Shown piece by piece: positions 1 through 9,060 of a stretch of DNA of 64,000 nucleotides (within the stretch, counting starts at the first letter, position 1; the number at the start of each line of letters is the position of its first letter). Source of the DNA: Escherichia phage EC121. The position numbers were made by a program, and so were the translations under genes. The notes under the pieces are model-generated. The model saw only the letters and a program-made list of their open reading frames with translations. It did not search any database and was not told where the DNA came from. Location of the stretch: the sequence record NC_054909.1; one strand, given 5' to 3'.

Positions 1-2178
1 TTAGGCCGCAAGGGCCTTCATAGTTTTAGCGATTTGGGAAACTTCATCATCACTCAAAGAGCTGCGATAACCGATGAAGTCGGAAACAATACGGAATTTC
101 TTGGTAAACTCAGCAACCATTTTATCACTGTTTTTTGAAGCATTATTTGATAATACATCAAAAAGATTAGTTATTGTCCAGATGTCATGACCGATGGTAT
201 CTTTTCCACCGTTGAAATATACACCCTGTAATGAACTAACCATATTAGCGAGTCGTGTATATTCTTCAGAAACTTCATCTATACTGAAGTACTTCATCAT
301 AAAATCTAATTCAGGATACTTAATAATTTTATCAATATATCGTTTAGCTGAACTTGAATAACCTACATACTTATCATAATCTACAGCATCAAAAGCATCT
401 ACATATAAATCACGTAGAGTTTCAAAAATACATTGGCACTGACCAAGTTCTTTTACCTTTTTCTGTAAAAGTGGACGAATAACATAAAATTCATTAATGC
501 CAATAAGATTAGCCATACGAGTCAAAATACTCGTAGATGGATGACAAAGCGATGTAGTACCATCCATAGAGAAAATATCAGAACGATGCATATACGCTAC
601 ATAACCAGTAATTTCATCTGCTTCTGATGTGAGTGTAAACAGTTCCTCTTTTTCCCAGCGTCCGTCTTTAATTTCAAACTTAAATGCAGTAGCAGCTTTA
701 GGACGAGGAGCTTTACTTTTAACTACCTTCGGAATATAACTTTTAACTAAAGCTTCAATTTCTGACAAATAATGAATGTTAACTTCATCACTTTCAAACA
801 TTGCCATAATATCAGGGAGTAAATCAATCTGCGATTCTACTTCCGGATTAATAAACAGAAGACGCTCATTGTGATGAATATTTAAAGTGTTATTAAATTC
901 ACTATCATCTAATGCACGTGCTAATCCACGGATAATATTAACACGATTTTTAATATTATCAATGACGATATTAATTTTTGTTGTGTTAATACCAAACAAA
1001 CGATAGCTTGACGCAACGGCTGAAGTTTCATGACTTTGCTTAATGCGTTTCAGTCGAGGGTCAAGATTTACTTCATACACAACCCCTGCATTGCATAACT
1101 TACTGTCAGGTTCAAACATGCTCTGCATCTTCTTATATGACAGATTTTTAGTCGTGAATTTGACCGAATTACTAATCATATAATCTCGAGCAGAATACCC
1201 CATCTTCATCAATTCACGGTATGTATGACGAGGAGATGTAGATTCTTTAAATCGTTTTACATCTTCATTAAATGCCTTCTCACTGAGTTCTTTAACACGC
1301 TCAATAATATTTTTACGAGTACGATCATCTAATGAAAGAGCCTCACGCGATGGAGCAATATCAAGTGAACCCATTGGAAACTTAATGTAATTCACTTCAT
1401 TGCGGATGCTTAACCAGTTACGGTCTCTAATAACACCATCAATAGGATAAACAATACCGCCATAGATAGCGTACAATCCACCACGATCTGGCCAATATCT
1501 TTCTGGATTTACACCGTAATAGTCATCAAAATCCGGAAAATAATCAATTTCACGGTCAAGACCATTAATGATAGCCAAATCTTTGAATGGTCGCATGATA
1601 TAAGAAACTTCATAAGCAAAGTTTCTAAAGTCTTTTTCTTCAACTGGAACTACGATTTCAATACCAGTTTTATCGTTTGGACCCATTTCTTTTACGAATG
1701 TAGGTTTAATCTGCGGACCGTCACCATCCATGTAAGCTACATAACCGCGAATTTCACCTTTATGGTACGAAGTAATACTAAACGTATCAGTATAACTAAA
1801 CGGAGATTTAGAACCTAAACCAAATCCACCAATGAAATCGTTAGATTCAGCCTTAGATGAACTAAAGTATGAATTATACAACCCGGGAGAATTATCATCA
1901 CCTTGAATATCAAAATCGCTCATACCTGGACCAAAATCTCGGCAAACAAATCGTGGATCTAAACGTCCAGGAACTTGAATGATAAATTTTTCAGGATTTC
2001 CATTGAGAGCATGGGCATCAATCATGTTGGTAATCAATTCACGGACTACTGCGCGAATCTTGTTTGTATACAAGTCAGATGACAGAATTTTAAATACTTT
2101 AGGAGATGCTGTGATGCTAAATGCTTTTGATTTAGAACCATTACCAAGAATTGTTTCTTTTTCAGTGGTGATAATCAT
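1..2178 (-). CDS. rIIA: rIIA protein (membrane-associated, rapid-lysis / exclusion-sensitivity locus)
   Basis: 725-aa ORF; stop codon at positions 1-3; sequence and length agree with recalled T4 rIIA. Confidence 0.95.
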   Translation of the reverse strand: MIITTEKETILGNGSKSKAFSITASPKVFKILSSDLYTNKIRAVVRELITNMIDAHALNGNPEKFIIQVPGRLDPRFVCRDFGPGMSDFDIQGDDNSPGLYNSYFSSSKAESNDFIGGFGLGSKSPFSYTDTFSITSYHKGEIRGYVAYMDGDGPQIKPTFVKEMGPNDKTGIEIVVPVEEKDFRNFAYEVSYIMRPFKDLAIINGLDREIDYFPDFDDYYGVNPERYWPDRGGLYAIYGGIVYPIDGVIRDRNWLSIRNEVNYIKFPMGSLDIAPSREALSLDDRTRKNIIERVKELSEKAFNEDVKRFKESTSPRHTYRELMKMGYSARDYMISNSVKFTTKNLSYKKMQSMFEPDSKLCNAGVVYEVNLDPRLKRIKQSHETSAVASSYRLFGINTTKINIVIDNIKNRVNIIRGLARALDDSEFNNTLNIHHNERLLFINPEVESQIDLLPDIMAMFESDEVNIHYLSEIEALVKSYIPKVVKSKAPRPKAATAFKFEIKDGRWEKEELFTLTSEADEITGYVAYMHRSDIFSMDGTTSLCHPSTSILTRMANLIGINEFYVIRPLLQKKVKELGQCQCIFETLRDLYVDAFDAVDYDKYVGYSSSAKRYIDKIIKYPELDFMMKYFSIDEVSEEYTRLANMVSSLQGVYFNGGKDTIGHDIWTITNLFDVLSNNASKNSDKMVAEFTKKFRIVSDFIGYRSSLSDDEVSQIAKTMKALAA

Positions 2179-2188
2179 AATTTCCTCA

Positions 2189-2392
2189 TTAATTCATATT
2201 GCGTTTAATAACTTCAGCAACTTCTAGTAGTTCATCTTTAGTTGCGGTGTCGGATTGAATTTTATCTCTAATATCCTTAAAGCGGTTTTTAAACTCTTCA
2301 GCTTCTCCCATATCGAAAAAGCGTTGAATGATTCTATATTCTCGATGAACTGCTTTATCAAAAAGTTCTAAATTTACTTTATATGATTTCAT
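2189..2392 (-). CDS. rIIA.1-like small protein
   Basis: 67-aa ORF immediately upstream of rIIA, same strand, 10-nt spacing; position matches T4 rIIA.1. Confidence 0.6.
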   Translation of the reverse strand: MKSYKVNLELFDKAVHREYRIIQRFFDMGEAEEFKNRFKDIRDKIQSDTATKDELLEVAEVIKRNMN

Positions 2393-2417
2393 TTCAATAT
2401 CCTCATTTGCCCAATTA

Positions 2418-2447
2418 ATTATACCACATCCTTGTGGTAAAGTAAAC
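2418..2447 (-). promoter_or_regulatory. sigma70-type early promoter (GTTTAC, 17 nt, TATAAT)
   Basis: Minus strand reads GTTTACTTTACCACAAGGATGTGGTATAAT just upstream of rIIA.1; a near-identical copy lies at 48692-48721. Confidence 0.6.
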
Positions 2448-4264
2448 TACTGGCTCATCCATTCTTTACGAAGGTCAGCATTATCCCCCATGAGCATTTC
2501 AAAAAGCTCTTTCCAATTCTCAGGAAGTTTAACAACATCATATACTGGGTTTTGAATCATCTCACGATATTCAGATTTTTCCAAAGAGCCAAGTCCCTTA
2601 ATATAACGGATGCTATGTTTAGGTAGAGCATCTTTGGCACTCTCATATTCAGCGACCGTATAAAACCATTCTTGTTTTTTACCGACCTGAGCGATGATTA
2701 CGGGAGTTTTGACGAAGCGAATTCTTCCTTGTTCAAACAGTTCTGGCCAATTACTAAAAAATCCGAGCAGAGAAGGATAAATGCTTCCTAGACCATCGTG
2801 GTCAGCATCAGTCATAATAGCAATATTATGATAATTCAAGTTTTCAGCCTTTTCACCAAGAACTAATCCAGTGATTGCGCAAATATCAAACAGTTCTTTG
2901 TTTTTAAGCATATCAGCATATGACATACCCCAACTGTTGAGAACTTTACCACGTAATGGATAACCGCCATGAAGTTCTTTATCACGAACATCAATAAGAT
3001 ATCCGATAGCAGAATCACCCTCAGTCAAGAAAAGAGTAGTGTCAGCGTCTTTACCGCAAAGATTCGCTTTAATATGTTTATGAACCTTAGCTTTAGAAGC
3101 CTTTTTAGCTGCTTTAGTTTCTGCTGCCTTTTCTGCCGCCAATTTACGAGCCAAAGCAGCTTCAATAATTGGCATTAAAATTGCTTCATTATTTAAAATA
3201 GCACGTGAAATCTTTTTAGCATCAAGCTGAATATGACTACGAATTTCACCAAATGGAGAAGTCAAACGCTCTTTAGTCTGAGAATCAAATCGCATGTTTT
3301 TCATATCACGAACAAACATAACGATAGTCAAACATTCTTTAACCCGTGCTTTAGTTACATCAATTTTGAACTTACGTTTGATTTGTGGAATAAGGTCTTC
3401 ACAAATATCATCCATAACGCAGTCAATGTGATGGCCGCCATTCTTAGTATGAATGTTATTAACGTATGTTAATTGACGAAAACCATCCAGTGAACGACCA
3501 ATCGCAATAGAACAATTTTCTTGTTCTTGAACGATAGCATGCTCATCATATTGGCGTGCGTATTTCTTAAAATTGCCCTGAACCTTTTTACCATTAAAGG
3601 TAAATTGAATATCAGGATAAACTACTGCAAGTGTCTGGAGACGATCTAGTGTAATGTCAAGATAAACCTGAGATAGCTCATTAGTTTCAAATGACATAAA
3701 ATCAGGAATGAAAGTAACACGAGTTCCTTTCCATTTTCCAGGAATAGTTTCCCATGATTTATTTTCCATGCCATTTGAACAACGAACTACAATATTATTT
3801 TGACCATCGCCAGTTTCACCGACAAACATCACAGAAAAAATGTTAGTTAAACTAGAACCAACACCGTTCATACCGCCAGTGACGCGTTCTTTATCATCAC
3901 CGAAGTTACCACCTGCTTTTGGAATAGTCCAGGCGGCAACAGGACCAGGAATTTCTTCGCCAGTAGGTGTTTTAACCATCGCTTGTGGAATACCACGACC
4001 GTTATCTTCAACAGTTACTTGATTGTTTTTAATAGTAACATTAATTTTATTCGCGAATTTAAACTTAGTACGAATACCTTCATCTACCGAGTTATCGATA
4101 ATTTCATCAATAAGCTTAACAAGACCAGGTACATACTGAACACTTTCCCATTTACCAAACAGAAAGCGCTCATGCATTTCATTAGCGGAAGAGCCAATGT
4201 ACATGCCGCTACGCTTTTTGATATGTTCAATATCGCTCAGAATTTTAATTTCATTCTTAATCAT
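2447..4264 (-). CDS. 39: DNA topoisomerase II large subunit, uninterrupted gp39 (T4 gene 39 plus gene 60 as one ORF)
   Basis: 605 aa from ATG at 4264 (track start 4267 is GTG); GyrB-like ATPase N-terminus; C-terminal 160 aa matches recalled T4 gp60 with no bypass gap or mobA insertion. Confidence 0.92.
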   Translation of the reverse strand: MIKNEIKILSDIEHIKKRSGMYIGSSANEMHERFLFGKWESVQYVPGLVKLIDEIIDNSVDEGIRTKFKFANKINVTIKNNQVTVEDNGRGIPQAMVKTPTGEEIPGPVAAWTIPKAGGNFGDDKERVTGGMNGVGSSLTNIFSVMFVGETGDGQNNIVVRCSNGMENKSWETIPGKWKGTRVTFIPDFMSFETNELSQVYLDITLDRLQTLAVVYPDIQFTFNGKKVQGNFKKYARQYDEHAIVQEQENCSIAIGRSLDGFRQLTYVNNIHTKNGGHHIDCVMDDICEDLIPQIKRKFKIDVTKARVKECLTIVMFVRDMKNMRFDSQTKERLTSPFGEIRSHIQLDAKKISRAILNNEAILMPIIEAALARKLAAEKAAETKAAKKASKAKVHKHIKANLCGKDADTTLFLTEGDSAIGYLIDVRDKELHGGYPLRGKVLNSWGMSYADMLKNKELFDICAITGLVLGEKAENLNYHNIAIMTDADHDGLGSIYPSLLGFFSNWPELFEQGRIRFVKTPVIIAQVGKKQEWFYTVAEYESAKDALPKHSIRYIKGLGSLEKSEYREMIQNPVYDVVKLPENWKELFEMLMGDNADLRKEWMSQ

Positions 4265-4317
4265 CACTTATCCTCGTTTGGTTTCGGGAATATTATACTC
4301 CGGTAATCATAAAGCTA

Positions 4318-4333
4318 AAGGCCCGAAGGCCTT
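4318..4333. terminator. GC stem-loop AAGGCC-CGAA-GGCCTT (UUCG loop on minus-strand RNA)
   Basis: Perfect 6-bp stem with tetraloop directly after the stop of the lipoprotein ORF; T-rich flank on plus side. Confidence 0.4.
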
Positions 4334-4603
4334 TTATTTAAAACGGATAGTCGAATCCTTGAAGAATAGACCAGAACATACGGTTCCTTCTACTTTCTGC
4401 CCGGTAGGTCCAATAGCACGAAATCCAGTATGTTGGAAATCATTTTCAGAGCAACCGAACCAATTGTATCCAGTGATTTCAATATTAGTAAAACCACTTG
4501 AAGATAAAACTTTGGTTGCATTATCAGCATCAGTACATCCTGCTAAAGACACTGCTAATACTAATGCTGCGATAGAACGATTAATATATTTCATAGTTTT
4601 CAC
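4334..4603 (-). CDS. predicted lipoprotein
   Basis: 89 aa; signal peptide ending in lipobox LAGC. Confidence 0.5.
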   Translation of the reverse strand: MKTMKYINRSIAALVLAVSLAGCTDADNATKVLSSSGFTNIEITGYNWFGCSENDFQHTGFRAIGPTGQKVEGTVCSGLFFKDSTIRFK

Positions 4604-4974
4604 TCAAATTTAATGGCTTGAAGGAGACTAATAATTCTCAAGCGACTTCTTTCATCTTTAACTGTAAAAGAAAGAGGGTCGCCAGATTTCATAGTGATAG
4701 TGCATTCAAAATCAAAATCTTCAGGAACTTCTTCGAAGAAGTCAAATTCTTCATCATAAATTAGAACTTCACTCCGCAGACTGTGAAGAATTTTTCCAGC
4801 ATTTCTGCTAGTTGCTGTACTAATCATTGTAACATTATGACCTTTCATATCTTCAACGATAAATTCGCTTGTAGATATTACGGCATTAATAGAACCATTC
4901 CTATTACTAGCAGAAAGTAGATATTTCTTTTCTTCACCTTCGCGAATGCGATATTTCTTACCAATTTTAAACAT
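4600..4974 (-). CDS. hypothetical protein
   Basis: 124-aa ORF, 4-nt overlap with downstream gene; no recognised domain. Confidence 0.45.
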   Translation of the reverse strand: MFKIGKKYRIREGEEKKYLLSASNRNGSINAVISTSEFIVEDMKGHNVTMISTATSRNAGKILHSLRSEVLIYDEEFDFFEEVPEDFDFECTITMKSGDPLSFTVKDERSRLRIISLLQAIKFE

Positions 4975-4976
4975 AA

Positions 4977-5153
4977 TTACCCTTTAAGTAAGTCGTAAAA
5001 ACCACCATTCACATGCTTAGGAGCGGAAACTAACCGAATAGCAACCCGATGACAATCAGGACATACATCAGTATCCCTTTCAGAAATTTTCTTGATTTTT
5101 TCGTATTCTTTTGCACAGTCTTTGGATTGACATTTATAATCATAAAGCGGCAT
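4977..5153 (-). CDS. small zinc-ribbon protein (FmdB-like CxxxxC...CxxC)
   Basis: 57-aa ORF not in the track (below 60 aa): MPLYDYKCQSKDCAKEYEKIKKISERDTDVCPDCHR...; fills the gap between neighbours with 2-nt spacers on both sides. Confidence 0.5.
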   Translation of the reverse strand: MPLYDYKCQSKDCAKEYEKIKKISERDTDVCPDCHRVAIRLVSAPKHVNGGFYDLLKG

Positions 5154-5155
5154 AA

Positions 5156-5569
5156 TTATTCCTTAAAGTGAGCTTTCAACATCTGATACAAAGACCATGC
5201 CTGTACATTATTTTCAATAGTAACGTTCATAACCGGGAATTCAGATGGATCAGTTATTGTTGCAGATTCTTCCTGCTCTTCAGCTGCCTGGTATGGATTT
5301 TCAACTTCATTAAAGAATTCAGCTTCATTCGATGAAAGCCAAATAAAATCTTCATCCAAAATATCTTTACCAGAAGATAGTACTAAATTTCCAGCAAATG
5401 ACATAATTTTAATAGGACGCCCAAGAGCATCCACATCTAAAATTTTAAAAGGATGCATACCTAAACGGCGTGCATAGATTCCGTTATCAGTATGGTCTTT
5501 AATAAAATTTTCTTGAGCTTGTTTATTTTTAAATTGATACCATTTATTAACTTCAAATTTAATAGCCAT
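5156..5569 (-). CDS. hypothetical protein
   Basis: 137-aa ORF, tightly packed; acidic C-terminal half. Confidence 0.5.
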   Translation of the reverse strand: MAIKFEVNKWYQFKNKQAQENFIKDHTDNGIYARRLGMHPFKILDVDALGRPIKIMSFAGNLVLSSGKDILDEDFIWLSSNEAEFFNEVENPYQAAEEQEESATITDPSEFPVMNVTIENNVQAWSLYQMLKAHFKE

Positions 5570-5784
5570 TAATAAATTTCCTTCCAGTAAGTTGTACCAT
5601 CTTCAGTGATTTCACGAAATACACCGTAAATTGGTTGTTTATCCCCAACCTTTTCATACACATAAACCGAAGTCAAGTGAGTAAACTTAGCAGTGTGTTC
5701 CTTTTGAACTACTACCAAATCTGGATCGAATAACACATCTTCAAATTCGTCATTAGTGCAGCTCTGAACAATTTTACGTTTCAT
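5569..5784 (-). CDS. hypothetical small protein
   Basis: 71-aa ORF with GAGGAA RBS 5 nt upstream of ATG; overlaps downstream start by 1 nt. Confidence 0.5.
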   Translation of the reverse strand: MKRKIVQSCTNDEFEDVLFDPDLVVVQKEHTAKFTHLTSVYVYEKVGDKQPIYGVFREITEDGTTYWKEIY

Positions 5785-5823
5785 TACAATTTCCTCATTA
5801 ATTGAACATTGGAGCGATGCGTT

Positions 5824-5945
5824 TCAGAAGAGTAGCAGCACCTTTGGCAAATTTTCCATTTTATTCTCCAAGTTATTTTCTGTATCAGTAGTTGATATTG
5901 ATATAGTACCATAATCAACTACTGATGTATACAGTTTTATGAAAA
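5824..5945 (-). repeat. promoter-leader cassette copy A (palindromic variant) with 11-codon upstream ORF
   Basis: Shares about 60 nt with copies at 25.1 and 53.1 kb (GGTACTATA..ATCAACTACTGATACAG..TTGGAGAATAAAATG); here a 17-bp inverted repeat flanks the -10 region; leader ATG at 5859 opens MENLPKVLLLF-stop. Confidence 0.5.
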
Positions 5946-5956
5946 AATTTTAAACT

Positions 5957-6445
5957 TTATGCATAGAGAGCTTTGCTATAGTGTTTAATCCAGCTTTCAG
6001 GAATGACTTTGTATGTTCCTAAAAATACCACATTATACAGCTTAACACCGTCTTCTACCCACTGATCGGTAATGTATGCGCACATAGCACGAGTATAAAC
6101 AGCCAAACCATCATCTTTGATAAATTTAAATTCACAAGGAGCAATGAACTTAATAGCCTGACCGAGTTTCCACTTAAAGTCTACACCTACATGCGAAGTA
6201 TCAATCGTTTCAATTCCTTTAGCAGGAACAGCTTTCAAAAACGCAGATTCAAGAAATTTCGCACGAACATAGCCAAACTGAGGTTTAGACTTTCCATCTT
6301 TAGGAATGATACGCACTTTTACTTCAGAATCTTCATCTTTAACGCCGTGTTTAAGCTGAATGCTTACAATTTCGACCAATTTTCCTGCTGCTTTAGAACG
6401 GGATTTATCAGATACACGAGCAATTTCACCAATATTAATAATCAT
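5957..6445 (-). CDS. hypothetical protein, paralog A of a tandem pair (motB-region)
   Basis: 162 aa; C-terminal CAYITDQWVEDGVKLYNVV matches CGWVTDQWIEDGVELLNVV in the next ORF. Confidence 0.55.
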   Translation of the reverse strand: MIINIGEIARVSDKSRSKAAGKLVEIVSIQLKHGVKDEDSEVKVRIIPKDGKSKPQFGYVRAKFLESAFLKAVPAKGIETIDTSHVGVDFKWKLGQAIKFIAPCEFKFIKDDGLAVYTRAMCAYITDQWVEDGVKLYNVVFLGTYKVIPESWIKHYSKALYA

Positions 6446-6489
6446 AGTTATCTCTCACTTGTTAAAAAGATTTTATACTCCACAGGACC

Positions 6490-6519
6490 ATTATACTCTG
6501 GTCCCAAGAGTTTGTAAAC
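6490..6519 (-). promoter_or_regulatory. early promoter (GTTTAC, 18 nt, TATAAT)
   Basis: Minus strand GTTTACAAACTCTTGGGACCAGAGTATAAT between the two paralogs; -10 lies in the loop of a short hairpin. Confidence 0.5.
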
Positions 6520-6521
6520 TA

Positions 6522-7007
6522 TTAATTCAAAATAGCTACCACTGCACTACGAGGTACTACGCTAAAATCACCTGCATGAACAACGTTCAGAAGTTCAACA
6601 CCATCTTCAATCCATTGGTCTGTTACCCAACCACAGACCGAAATAAATGGAGTCTTGATAGCTACTGCACGAGTCAAAAGGTCAGTAGGATCAACTTCTT
6701 TGAAGAGGATAAGCTCTGCTTCAAAGACTATAGTTTTAATTACTTCATCATTATCTAAGCGATGTGCTCGAATCACGTAAGCTTTATTCTTATCATACCA
6801 ATTACTTTTTGAAAAACTTTTAACCACAAACTCGCCTTCACCAAAAACACTAGTCAATGCTTTATAACCCAAATCTAGTTCAGTAGTTTTAATTTCAGTT
6901 TCAACCAGTTTGTAGGTTTTGCCAATTTCGATGGTCCGAGCAGTCATAAAGGTTTCCTTAATTTCTAATGGTTTAACAAGAGTGCCGTACATGCTTGCTA
7001 TATCCAT
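6522..7007 (-). CDS. hypothetical protein, paralog B of a tandem pair
   Basis: 161 aa; shares C-terminal motif with 5957-6445. Confidence 0.55.
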   Translation of the reverse strand: MDIASMYGTLVKPLEIKETFMTARTIEIGKTYKLVETEIKTTELDLGYKALTSVFGEGEFVVKSFSKSNWYDKNKAYVIRAHRLDNDEVIKTIVFEAELILFKEVDPTDLLTRAVAIKTPFISVCGWVTDQWIEDGVELLNVVHAGDFSVVPRSAVVAILN

Positions 7008-7067
7008 ATCAAATATTTTATCTATAGGATTTGGGGGTGTATTCAGGATTATAATTAAATTTCATAA

Positions 7068-7580
7068 TTATCTCATTTCAATAAAATCTACAAGTTCAGC
7101 ATGGGATTTGCGGAACATTACTTGGTGTCCGCCAATGATAACTTCATCTTCAGGAACTTCATAAATCGCAATGTACATTCCACGATCTTTTAAGTCTTCA
7201 CGCTCTTCTCGGGTGAACCATCTCATCATATCATATTCACTAGCGAAAGCAAAATGGTATAATGCAATAAACCGCGATGGAATATACTTTTCAGACGGTG
7301 AATAATTTTTATCCCATTTAGTTTTAATAGCATTATTAGCATTTTCAACTAATAACTTATCATCGTGTGGAATAGGAATACTTTCATGGCTTTCATAATT
7401 ATCGCTATGATGATGAAATGACGATGAATTAATACCACAAAATTTTAGCCAAGTTCGAGTTTTCATAGAATCAAATCCACGATAAGGAGTTGATTGCACG
7501 CATAACTCTTGCCTAATTTTCACTATACCACTATCATCATTTAATGCGCTAAACGATGATTCAACACGATAAATTTTCAT
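7068..7580 (-). CDS. hypothetical protein
   Basis: Track ORF trimmed to ATG at 7580 (MKIYRVESS...) with GAGGATAATAAA RBS; the longer track start falls inside the promoter. Confidence 0.5.
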   Translation of the reverse strand: MKIYRVESSFSALNDDSGIVKIRQELCVQSTPYRGFDSMKTRTWLKFCGINSSSFHHHSDNYESHESIPIPHDDKLLVENANNAIKTKWDKNYSPSEKYIPSRFIALYHFAFASEYDMMRWFTREEREDLKDRGMYIAIYEVPEDEVIIGGHQVMFRKSHAELVDFIEMR

Positions 7581-7605
7581 TTTATTATCCTCAGTAGCTA
7601 TGGTG

Positions 7606-7637
7606 TTATAATACCACAACTAACCGAGGAAGTAAAC
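7606..7637 (-). promoter_or_regulatory. early promoter (GTTTAC ... TATTAT)
   Basis: Minus strand GTTGTTTACTTCCTCGGTTAGTTGTGGTATTATAAC. Confidence 0.45.
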
Positions 7638-7643
7638 AACTTT

Positions 7644-8327
7644 TTATCGTTTTGTTGGAAGAGATAGAGGATCGCACTCTTCCTCTGACGGAGCATCTTC
7701 AAGACCCATAGCATACCGCAAAGCATACTTCATCATCAGGATGTCTTTCGCACAGTCATGAATAGAATCATGCGCAACGAACCCGTCTAAAGTTCCCTTT
7801 GGAAGAGGACATGTGGTCATATCACGAACAAGCAGAAGTGCTTCAATTCTGGTGCGAATATCGCGTTGATTCCAGAATTTACAAGGTTCTAACTTAAACG
7901 TATCAAGCTCATTCTCGGAAACGCCGTTAAGACGTTGAATATCGCGAATGAGATCAACTAAAATTGGAAAATCAAACGACATTCCACGGCACCAGCCCTG
8001 AGATTTCCAAGGATCGATATTATGCGCATTGATGTAATCATTAAATTTTGCAATACCATCGATAGTGCTTACATCTTCATCTGATGGCGCAATATTTTTT
8101 CGAGCTTCAGGAGATTGATTTTTCCACCATTCGATAGTGCTTTTAGTAAAAAGACGATGTCCTTTTTGGCTTTTTAAATCAAATTTGATTTTAATGCCGC
8201 GTGAAACTAATTCATCAAATGTTTCAACTACTTCTGGATTAGGGTCAAAGGCAATAACAGCCAAATCAATAACAGCTGCCTTTTCACCGCTTCCCATTGT
8301 TTCAAAATCTATAATAAAATCAAACAT
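7644..8327 (-). CDS. dexA: exonuclease A (DEDD-type 3-prime to 5-prime exonuclease)
   Basis: 227 aa; N-terminal IIDFETMG (DxE exonuclease motif I); size and position match T4 dexA. Confidence 0.8.
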   Translation of the reverse strand: MFDFIIDFETMGSGEKAAVIDLAVIAFDPNPEVVETFDELVSRGIKIKFDLKSQKGHRLFTKSTIEWWKNQSPEARKNIAPSDEDVSTIDGIAKFNDYINAHNIDPWKSQGWCRGMSFDFPILVDLIRDIQRLNGVSENELDTFKLEPCKFWNQRDIRTRIEALLLVRDMTTCPLPKGTLDGFVAHDSIHDCAKDILMMKYALRYAMGLEDAPSEEECDPLSLPTKR

Positions 8328-8602
8328 TAAATTTTCCTCGCTAAATCGCGAATTTGACCTACAGTATAATCTTGGATATAAACTTTATTAATAGGCTCAT
8401 CAATAAATTTTGCCATAGATTCAATATCTTTTTGTATCTCTTCAAGACTGTATACTATCTTTAAAGCTTTTTCGCGAATAGTAACATTATCAGGTCCTGA
8501 ATTTTCTTGGATGACAGCTTTAACATTTGTCATAAGAGATTTAAACTGCTGCAAACTTAATTCAATCATTAATAACCGCCTTATAAAGATGGCTAATTTC
8601 AC
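8327..8602 (-). CDS. small acidic helical protein (dexA-dda intergenic family)
   Basis: 91-aa ORF (probable start at internal ATG near 8569); same architecture as its two neighbours. Confidence 0.45.
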   Translation of the reverse strand: MKLAIFIRRLLMIELSLQQFKSLMTNVKAVIQENSGPDNVTIREKALKIVYSLEEIQKDIESMAKFIDEPINKVYIQDYTVGQIRDLARKI

Positions 8603-8822
8603 CTAAAACATAATCACTGATTGTAACAGTTTTCACTTCGCCGCAAAAGAATTCTAACGCAATCAAATCTCGTTCAATTTCTTCCAATTGAAGCATTAAC
8701 TTGCCTGATTCAATTTTCACGTTTTTGCGATTTTTACTATAAGCTATTTCATAAATTTCGCTCACTTTATCTTGAAGCAGATAAAACTGGTCTTTAGTTA
8801 TTTCCACGAATAGCTTCCTCAA
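8562..8822 (-). CDS. small acidic helical protein
   Basis: 86-aa ORF in tandem array; overlaps neighbours. Confidence 0.45.
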   Translation of the reverse strand: MRKLFVEITKDQFYLLQDKVSEIYEIAYSKNRKNVKIESGKLMLQLEEIERDLIALEFFCGEVKTVTISDYVLGEISHLYKAVIND

Positions 8823-9054
8823 ATTTAATCAGCAGCTTACAGACACTTTCATCTAATGTAATTACCGTGTCTGTATTACTATGATATGATTGTTTTTCAA
8901 TTCGTTTAATTGCTAGTATAGTATCACTTATAAGATTAAGCTTATAAAGGAGCTCAGCTCCTGTTATCATAACACTGAGGTTATCTTGCTTATCAGTATG
9001 CTTCTTTATACCATCTATTAGACGATTTAAATATTTTGAATTGATGTTAATCAT
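8794..9054 (-). CDS. small hypothetical protein
   Basis: 86-aa ORF directly downstream of dda. Confidence 0.45.
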   Translation of the reverse strand: MININSKYLNRLIDGIKKHTDKQDNLSVMITGAELLYKLNLISDTILAIKRIEKQSYHSNTDTVITLDESVCKLLIKFEEAIRGNN

Positions 9055-9060
9055 ATATCC

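Noticed and set aside
1979-2227. Plus-strand ORF overlapping rIIA, and many similar plus-strand ORFs elsewhere (e.g. 2969-3178, 9769-10138, 29967-30383, 33016-33588, 55266-55586).
   Set aside because: They lie antisense inside well-supported minus-strand genes, lack RBS signals and have low-complexity translations typical of AT-rich antisense frames.
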